From an uncultured archaeon (GTDB lineage Archaea > Asgardarchaeota > Lokiarchaeia > Sigyniarchaeales > SOKP01): 24,698 nucleotides of DNA. The stretch lies in assembly GCA_964388035.1 (NCBI GenBank), contig CAYLZE010000074.1, forward strand, positions 1-24,698, written 5' to 3'. The notes under the pieces were generated by a model. The model saw only the letters and a list, made by a program, of their open reading frames with translations. It was not told the DNA's origin and made no database searches. The first letter of the stretch is position 1. Every line of letters starts with the position of its first letter. Positions 1-7,137 of the stretch are shown here, piece by piece. The position numbers and the translations under genes are program-made.

Positions 1-329
1 ATTGAATTGTCATCGTTGATAGTGATAAATGCATTGGGAATGTGGAATGCAATTCTAAATGTTTGAAAGCATGTCCATACGATGCCCCTCAATTTGGTCC
101 CGAGAGAGGTTCTAAAATGAGAAAGTGTAATTATTGCGTGGAAAGATTCGAACAAAATCTTAAACCTGTTTGTGTGGAAGCATGCAGGACGCGCGCATTG
201 GATGCCGGATCCTTAGAAGAATTAAAGGCTAAATACAAAGAAAATCATAATGCAGTAAAATTCGTGTATTCAGAAAGGACCAAACCCGCAATAATTTTTA
301 AACCAAAATTAAAAAAAAATAATATTTAA
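1..329 (+). CDS. 3' part of a 4Fe-4S dicluster electron-transfer subunit (DmsB/NrfC-like); in-frame TGA at 3-5, possibly a pseudogene
   Basis: The frame from base 6 reads IVIVDSDKCIGNVECNSKCLKACPYDAPQF...KMRKCNYCVERFEQNLKPVCVEACRTRALDAG. This matches the DmsB pattern GxVxVDxxxCIG..C..ACPYxAPQ...KCxxC...PxCVxxCxxRAL. The gene runs off the left edge of the window. Confidence 0.8.
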
Positions 330-350
330 TTTAATATAATTGATTCATTT

Positions 351-929
351 TTAATCATACATAATAACCTGATAAAGCCATCCTATTCCTGTCGTGATTA
401 GAGCAATTAAAAAGCCTAAACCCAATCCATTCCAGAAATATAGTAAAAAAAACTCTTGAAAAGTTAGCGTTGAGAAATTGCTAAATATTAACATCAAGAT
501 ACCCGACCACATTAACGTAGACCATACTAAAATATCAAGAATCATGTATATCCTCGGTATATTTTCTTTTATAGCAAGAATAATGCCAGGAAGGATAAAA
601 ATCAGAGCCCAAAACAGAAATAATAATGAGGATAGAATTATTGCCACGTCATGCCATTGATAGTAATAAAAGTACCAATTAAATACAAGATAACTAGAGA
701 ATATACCTATAAATAGTCCAATTCCTATAAATGCGATGCCTCGATTTCTTGGATTCAAGCCCATGATAAAGAATGCTAGTCCAATCATATATAAGGGAAT
801 TGATAAAAATATAAATAGTATATATATATAATCCGTTGCTTGTGGATCTATACCTAATACTAAACCCAATATGGTAAAAATCCCCGCAATAATTAATAGA
901 ATCAAACCTCCTTTGATTTTACGGTGCAT
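351..929 (-). CDS. Hypothetical polytopic membrane protein (about 6 TM helices)
   Basis: Long hydrophobic ORF. The ATG at 929 is preferred over the TTG at 974 because a TTTATAT box lies about 31-37 nt upstream of it. Confidence 0.75.
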   Translation of the reverse strand: MHRKIKGGLILLIIAGIFTILGLVLGIDPQATDYIYILFIFLSIPLYMIGLAFFIMGLNPRNRGIAFIGIGLFIGIFSSYLVFNWYFYYYQWHDVAIILSSLLFLFWALIFILPGIILAIKENIPRIYMILDILVWSTLMWSGILMLIFSNFSTLTFQEFFLLYFWNGLGLGFLIALITTGIGWLYQVIMYD

Positions 930-959
930 GAATTTGATCTCGCGAAGAAATGTTATTAG

Positions 960-966
960 ATATAAA
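960..966 (-). promoter_or_regulatory. Putative archaeal TATA box for the 351..929 gene
   Basis: TTTATAT on the minus strand at archaeal spacing from the ATG at 929. The AT-rich background limits specificity. Confidence 0.35.
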
Positions 967-1268
967 TGGATCAAGGATCTTTAAATACTTTTATACGATT
1001 TCTAAAGAAAGGAATAGTAAAATTAATGAAATCCTCAAGGATGATAAATTTAAGATTAATATCTAAACTATAAGGTTTATAAAAAGATTGTTCTTCTCAG
1101 AAAAAATAAATCCGAGCCTGCATGTCTTTTTTGTTAATCCTAAATGGATTCATTTCTACGATAATTATTTTTATCTTTCTCTAAAGTTCTATTGATAAAA
1201 TAATTTTGAAAAAGGAATAAGCATATTAAATCATTGAAAAAAAAAGGTAAATTTTTTATTGTTAAATG

Positions 1269-1529
1269 TTAATCTTTCTCTCCAGATGGTTCACGTTTTA
1301 GAAGGATTCTAAAGAAATTTCCTAATGCACCGCCTAATGCTCCAAATATAGTACCCATGCCAAGAATGTGTATCAAAATCAACCAGCCAAATCCCATGCT
1401 GATAAAAAGGGCGCCAACCTGATCCAAAATAACATAGGCATTTATCGCGATCATGATATAAATTGCATAAATTCCCCAAAATATAAGGATTCCTAGTGCC
1501 CTACTCAAAATTCTTTTCTTCATTATCAT
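1269..1529 (-). pseudogene. 5'-truncated paralog of the membrane protein at 2881..3279
   Basis: 58 of 74 aa are identical to the C-terminal part of 2881..3279 by manual ungapped alignment. Similarity stops at MKK and the first ~45 aa have no counterpart upstream. Confidence 0.7.
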
Positions 1530-1744
1530 GCAATGATATTGAATACGGAATAACGAATAGAACCTTAGGAGGAAAATGTTGTAAAAGCGTATTATTCCAG
1601 AGTAACAAATAAATTATAATGTAACATCAATGTAAAATTCATTCTCTTAAGGATTTCCCGTTTTCATTTAATTTATTTTTACAAGACCGTTTAAATAGAT
1701 TAATTTATTGTAATTTAAATAGAGAAATCTAATAAAAAAAAACG

Positions 1745-2656
1745 GTGTATAAATTGACATATGTAAGACCATTATATGTACTGGTAACAGGTGCTACTGG
1801 AAAGCAAGGTGGTTCCGTCGCAAGAACACTTTTAGACTATGGACATAAAGTGAGAGGACTCACTCGTAATCCAGAGTCTGAGAAAGCGAAACTACTAGCA
1901 GAGGAAGGGGTGGAAGTTGTTAAAGGAAGTTTTGATGATCCCGATAGTATTAGAGAAGCAATGAAGGATGTAGAAGCAGTTTTTCTCATGGGTACTTCAT
2001 TTGAAGGCGGTGTTGAAGTAGAAACGAAACATGGAATCACGGTTGCTGATATCGCTAAAGAAATGGGAATCAAGCACTTAGTTTATACGTCAGTAGCGAG
2101 TGCGAATAAAAATACGGATATTCCTCATTTTGAAAGTAAATTCAAGGTTGAAGAGCATATCCGGAAAATAGACGTTCCTTATACGATTGTGCGTCCTGTA
2201 TCTTTCATGGAAAATTATATTGCGCCTTGGGTCCTTCACAAGCTTGAACAAGGTGTAATAGAATCACCATTAGATCCCGATAGTCAAACAGAATTAATAG
2301 CTGTGAAAGACATCGGAAGATTTGTTCTGCATGTTTTAGAAAATCGTGAGCAATTTCTAGGAAAAGAAATTGACATTGCCTCTGAAAGAATATCGGAAGA
2401 AGAAATCACACACATACTTTCTGGTGCACTAGGACGTCCTGTTCATTTGCATGAAATAGATTTAGATAATCCCGAGACATTAGGAGAAGATATGACTAAA
2501 ATGTATAAATGGATAAAAGAAGTAGGATATCGAGTTGATACTGAGAAATTACATGAAGAATATCCTCAAATTGAATGGACAAGCTTTGAACAATGGGCAA
2601 ATGAGCAAGATTGGGAAATGTTTAATCGACCAGTAACAAGAGTAACATCCCAATAA
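1745..2656 (+). CDS. NmrA/HSCARG-family NAD(P)-binding protein (atypical SDR)
   Basis: VLVTGATGKQGGSVA Rossmann motif, VRGLTRNP, HLVYTSV, PHFESKFKVEEHIR, TIVRPVSFMEN. The start could also be the TTG at 1754. Confidence 0.9.
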   Translation: MYKLTYVRPLYVLVTGATGKQGGSVARTLLDYGHKVRGLTRNPESEKAKLLAEEGVEVVKGSFDDPDSIREAMKDVEAVFLMGTSFEGGVEVETKHGITVADIAKEMGIKHLVYTSVASANKNTDIPHFESKFKVEEHIRKIDVPYTIVRPVSFMENYIAPWVLHKLEQGVIESPLDPDSQTELIAVKDIGRFVLHVLENREQFLGKEIDIASERISEEEITHILSGALGRPVHLHEIDLDNPETLGEDMTKMYKWIKEVGYRVDTEKLHEEYPQIEWTSFEQWANEQDWEMFNRPVTRVTSQ

Positions 2657-2679
2657 TTTTTTCTTTTTTCTTTTTTTTC
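2656..2679 (+). terminator. Oligo-T tract, likely archaeal terminator
   Basis: A run of T tracts (ttttttctttttctttttttt-type) follows the NmrA stop codon, in a convergent intergenic region. Confidence 0.5.
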
Positions 2680-2880
2680 AAAATCAATTGTTCATCATTA
2701 AAATGAAATTACTTCAGTATTTTATTTACTCTATAGATTTTTAGTTTTAGATGATTGTTATATAAGTTTTAATTCAATTTTCAACAAAAAAGAAAATTAC
2801 TATAAAATTTGGAAAAATAATTCTTCATTGAGCTTGTTTTCTGGACACAAAATAATGGTGTAAAAAGAAAAAAAAGGAAA

Positions 2881-3279
2881 TTATTTTTCAAGATTAGGTT
2901 CCTCAACGGAAGGTTTTTTCCCGCGCAAGATTCGAATGTAATATCCTAACGCTCCACCGAGAGCCCCGAATAAAGTACCCATACCAAGAATGAGTAACAA
3001 AATCAGCCAACCAAATCCCTTACTGATAAAAAGAGCACCAATTTGGTCCAATATAACATAGGCATTGATTGTGATTATAAAATATGTAACATAGATTCCC
3101 CAAAAAATTAAGGTCCCTAGGGCTCCACTAAGGATACTTTTCTTCATTTTTACGTTAAAATAACCGCCCACAATCCCAGCGATGATTACAAGTTGCCATA
3201 GCGGTATCAAGCTTAAAAGGCCCGCTAAAATAGCTGTAATTAAAATTCCCAAGCCGAACATTTTGCGTTCTTCGTCCAT
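2881..3279 (-). CDS. Small Gly-rich membrane protein (possibly DUF5518-like), coupled to the penicillin acylase gene
   Basis: Hydrophobic, with IAGIVGGYF and GALGGALG motifs. The ATG at 3279 lies 7 nt after a GGAGGTG site within the end of the upstream gene. Confidence 0.8.
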   Translation of the reverse strand: MDEERKMFGLGILITAILAGLLSLIPLWQLVIIAGIVGGYFNVKMKKSILSGALGTLIFWGIYVTYFIITINAYVILDQIGALFISKGFGWLILLLILGMGTLFGALGGALGYYIRILRGKKPSVEEPNLEK

Positions 3280-3281
3280 AT

Positions 3282-5876
3282 TCAAGCACCTCCATTAGGT
3301 AAAAAGTATATAGTGGATTCAATTTCTCTTCGTGGAAAATTTGCTGCTGTGTTTGTAAAGAATTGATAATGATATTTACCGTTTATAAACAATTCTTCTA
3401 ATTGATCAGCATAATGTTTTGAACTGGTAATGCCTCTTTCGCCCGAAGGAATGACGCTTCTGGAATTATTAAGATCACTAAGATCGACAATTAATCTTTC
3501 AGAAGAACCTCCTCTAGCAGATCGTACACTAGTAGCCCCTATACTGATTGCAGAAGGAGTAACCGTGTATCCTTCTCCACCAAATTCAAAGGGTCCTTCA
3601 CTTAATGCTCTGAGTCCGGTTATGTGTAAAAATTCTTCTTTGTGAATCCTTCTATATATCCAATCAGAGGGATTGTCTGAACCATAATAATTCTCTATCC
3701 AATCAATTGCAGAATTTAAAGCCGTTAAAATAATATAATCTCTTGTTTCCACGGTTCCGTTTGTGTTCACATTATCAAACCAATGAGAATTTTTTTGCTG
3801 TTTCATCAAGTATTCCAAGACATTTAATCCGGGGCCGCGCGCAACCCCATACTTCGTAAATTCATCATCAAAAGTATAATCATAGAAGTAATCTCTGAAC
3901 ACGCGATATATTGTAGGGGCAACTTGATCTTCTCTCATCACATAATCCCACCCCAAGAGTTCATTTAAAATTTGTTGTATTTGTTCTGGTGCATTTGAAC
4001 CATATTTTTTCTGTATTGCTAAGATTAAGTAGGGAGTATACGCTTCAGCAACGGAAGATTTAATATCAAGTTGATAGGTCATCATTTTTTCTACATCTAT
4101 ACTAAAATCGGAAGCAGTAGAAAGCATTTCATTGATTCGCCTTGCTCGATATCCCGCAGCATATTCACTTTGAAGTTTTGGATATTGAGGTCCTGCCACT
4201 AATTGATTAGCTGAAGCGAGATAATGTTGTTCGGGGTTAATTGTGTTAGGTAATTCAGAAAATGGAACATAACCAGTCCATTCTCCTTCTCCCCTCGAAC
4301 CATCATATGGAAAACGCCCGTCTCCTGAACGAATTGGAACTTTTCCTGTAGGTCTTATAGCAATATTTCCCTTCACATCTGCATAGACAATATTTTGGGC
4401 AAGACCTGACCAGTATCTTGATGCTCTATCAAAATCTGCCCTATTTTTCGCATGATTAAATCCATATCCGGCAAGGAAATTATAAAAATAGTCTTGTGAA
4501 GTCCACTTCACAGCGATTACGACATCACCCAGACGGGAAGAGAAACCAAAATCCTGTAAATCACTTAATACAGGACCGTGTACTGTTTCTTTAACTGTAT
4601 ATTTTACTGGAGCTTGCCCTTTCACGTTTATCGTGTAATTAATTGTATCATATTTGGTGACTTTCTTATTATAGATATAATGATTTGCATCAACCTTGTC
4701 ATAGTAATAAAAATCCATCACATCATAACCCGTATTAGTAAAACCCCAAGCAACATTTTCATTGTGCCCAACTGCTGGTAAAGGCATTCCTGGAATAGCA
4801 AATCCATAAGTATTCAGCCCCGTATCGTTCGCAACCAGGTGCATTTCGTACCAGATTCCCGGCATTGTCCAAGACAAATGCATATCATTGCATAAAATGG
4901 GTGCGCCCGTTGTGGTTTTAATGCTATCGACTACCCAATTATTAGAACCTACTAATTCTTCATTCTCCATTTCTTGTTGTCCCAGGTCTACTTCTTCCAT
5001 TCCTTCTAGAAATGTTGAAAATGCACTTCCTAATGAATCGTCTGATTGCGTGCTTACTTGACCAGTTAAACTTACAGTTTGTTTTACTTCAGGAGAAGCG
5101 GGAGCCTCAGGATATTTCCCATAATTTGGACAGATTGGAATTTGATAGGGAGTAGGAAGTCCAAATAATTCGTTGTATTTTGCCGGACCTAATGCGTTAA
5201 GATTAAGAAAGCGGTATACATCACCATAGCTCCAGGATAAAGTGTAAGCCATTAATTGTACGAGACAAGAAGAATCTAAGGTTGTCCAATTAGTCGGTTT
5301 AAAATCTAATAAACTATATTCAAGAGGTATATCATTCGGATGGCTATTAATATAATAATTTATCCCCGCAACGTAATTTTCTAAACTCGGATAAAATCCC
5401 ATGTTACTTGCACCTTGCATCTCCTTTAATTTCAAGTCGGTTTTATTCGCCCAATATTCCATTTCCGTGGATTTTAAAAATTTATCGGTCTCTATATAAT
5501 CGGGCCCCAGAACTTCCGAGAGCATTCCCCTGACCTCGCGGCGCATCATATCCATCTGAAAAAGCCGATCTTGGGCATGTAAATATCCCACCGCAAAAAA
5601 CATGTCATGTTCATAATCCGCATAGACATGAGGGATTCCCCATTGATCTCTGATCACGATTACTTTGCCTTTAAGATTAGGAAGATCTAGAGTTTCTTCC
5701 TCTGGAACTTCGCCGGGAGTTTTCCAAAGACCATCTCCCGGAAAAAGAAATTTACCTAACGGAGGAATTAACCCTAAAGGTATGGAAAAAACCGTGAAAC
5801 TGATGATGGTGACTGCGATGACGAGTACAAGTTTTTTTTTCAACTTACTATCGAGATTTTGCATGATTTTAACCAT
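3282..5876 (-). CDS. Penicillin acylase family Ntn-hydrolase (peptidase S45), N-terminally membrane-anchored
   Basis: IRDQWGIPHVYA, GYLHAQDRLFQMD, nucleophile motif GSNNWVV, NDMHL, WYEMHL, QNIVYAD, SANQ, YRARRI; hydrophobic N-terminal helix. Confidence 0.95.
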   Translation of the reverse strand: MVKIMQNLDSKLKKKLVLVIAVTIISFTVFSIPLGLIPPLGKFLFPGDGLWKTPGEVPEEETLDLPNLKGKVIVIRDQWGIPHVYADYEHDMFFAVGYLHAQDRLFQMDMMRREVRGMLSEVLGPDYIETDKFLKSTEMEYWANKTDLKLKEMQGASNMGFYPSLENYVAGINYYINSHPNDIPLEYSLLDFKPTNWTTLDSSCLVQLMAYTLSWSYGDVYRFLNLNALGPAKYNELFGLPTPYQIPICPNYGKYPEAPASPEVKQTVSLTGQVSTQSDDSLGSAFSTFLEGMEEVDLGQQEMENEELVGSNNWVVDSIKTTTGAPILCNDMHLSWTMPGIWYEMHLVANDTGLNTYGFAIPGMPLPAVGHNENVAWGFTNTGYDVMDFYYYDKVDANHYIYNKKVTKYDTINYTINVKGQAPVKYTVKETVHGPVLSDLQDFGFSSRLGDVVIAVKWTSQDYFYNFLAGYGFNHAKNRADFDRASRYWSGLAQNIVYADVKGNIAIRPTGKVPIRSGDGRFPYDGSRGEGEWTGYVPFSELPNTINPEQHYLASANQLVAGPQYPKLQSEYAAGYRARRINEMLSTASDFSIDVEKMMTYQLDIKSSVAEAYTPYLILAIQKKYGSNAPEQIQQILNELLGWDYVMREDQVAPTIYRVFRDYFYDYTFDDEFTKYGVARGPGLNVLEYLMKQQKNSHWFDNVNTNGTVETRDYIILTALNSAIDWIENYYGSDNPSDWIYRRIHKEEFLHITGLRALSEGPFEFGGEGYTVTPSAISIGATSVRSARGGSSERLIVDLSDLNNSRSVIPSGERGITSSKHYADQLEELFINGKYHYQFFTNTAANFPRREIESTIYFLPNGGA
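3287..3293 (-). promoter_or_regulatory. Shine-Dalgarno site GGAGGTG
   Basis: The minus strand reads aatGGAGGTGcttgaatATG. Confidence 0.7.
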
Positions 5877-6019
5877 ATATTTTATAATTTGATTTTTTAG
5901 ATTTCTTGAAATTAATTGATTTATTTGTAAAATTAAGTTGAAATAAAATAGATCCTATCTTTCATATAAAGATTTTTATTAATCTTTATAGATGGATGGA
6001 CAATGAAAAAAGTAGCAAG

Positions 6020-6937
6020 CTATTTTATTAGGTTTGAAATTAAAATATCGATAAACTCCAATTTTGCCTCATCATCACAAAAGTCAAAGCAATAAGAAAT
6101 GGGACTTGATTCCTTTCTCTTTTCTGCTATCGAATATTTTCCCGGTATTTTTTCGGTATCAATTTCAAGAAATAAATCCGTGCTCTTAAAAAGGTGAGGT
6201 TCAAGGAGAAAAATGGGAACACAAGTATCAAAAGGGAAAAATCCATTAATACCCCAATAAGATTTCTGAAGCTTGATCCAAGGCCTCACGTTTTTCGCAA
6301 TATATTGGGGTATTGGTTTATTTACCGCTTCCAATTCTTTTACGTGTTCCTCCGTAATGATCGCCTTACAACATACTTCTAAGCCCATTTGAATCCGAGG
6401 AGTTTTAGTCTCGACTTCTAAAGCTATTTTTGTGGCTTGAGGATCCCTGTAGCTGTTAAACTCGCATAGAACTTGCTGTAAGGGAGCTTTTTCATAGAAG
6501 TTATTAAAGCTTGGGCTTACTAAAAAAATCGGAGCTAAGAGTCCCGCCATAATAACTACCTGTTTGAGATCATCAAAAAATTCGGGGTATTGCATGAGGG
6601 CAGTAGCAACATTCGTAAAAGGGCCCAATGTAAGAAGCGTCAATTCATTTGTATTTTCTTTTACTTCCTTAATTAAGAAGTCAGAGGCTTCGGTAGATAC
6701 TCCCAATTTTCGGTTGTTTTTTGCCCCCAATTTAACAGGAATATCAATTCTCTCAGCAAGAGTGAGGTAGTCTTTCACCAAGGCATACCCTTTATCTACG
6801 CGCGTATTTCCAAATACGGTAGTAATTCCTTCAATTTCAAATTCCGGATTGTTCAGCATTAAAAATAGGGCTAATCCATCATCCACGTCTGCTCCTTGTT
6901 GACCAAGGCCAGGATCAGTATCCACTAATATCCGCAT
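6020..6937 (-). CDS. Nucleoside hydrolase (IU-NH family), atypical active site
   Basis: ILVDTDPG...DVDD, ITTVFGN, LLTLGPFTNVA and EFNSYRDPQA. The ATG at 6937 is preferred as the start. Confidence 0.9.
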   Translation of the reverse strand: MRILVDTDPGLGQQGADVDDGLALFLMLNNPEFEIEGITTVFGNTRVDKGYALVKDYLTLAERIDIPVKLGAKNNRKLGVSTEASDFLIKEVKENTNELTLLTLGPFTNVATALMQYPEFFDDLKQVVIMAGLLAPIFLVSPSFNNFYEKAPLQQVLCEFNSYRDPQATKIALEVETKTPRIQMGLEVCCKAIITEEHVKELEAVNKPIPQYIAKNVRPWIKLQKSYWGINGFFPFDTCVPIFLLEPHLFKSTDLFLEIDTEKIPGKYSIAEKRKESSPISYCFDFCDDEAKLEFIDILISNLIK

Positions 6938-7137
6938 GATATGGGTTACCAAATGATCCACTACATTTAAAATGTCACGGTAGTAGCGTACCGAAAAGGA
7001 ACCTTTTTTTATAATACTTTCATGCTAGTCTAAAATTGAGAGCTTTATTAAGAAATTAATCCCTTCTCCTTAAATATTAAAAAAAGTATTTAAAATATTG
7101 AATATATTGAATTTCTATAATAAAGCGTTGTAAGAAA

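Noticed and set aside
3-5. Selenocysteine or genetic-code-25 reading of the in-frame TGA
   Set aside because: The position aligns to Gly rather than Cys, no SECIS-like hairpin is evident after the gene, and TGA is used as a stop in other genes (e.g. 3282, 14345).
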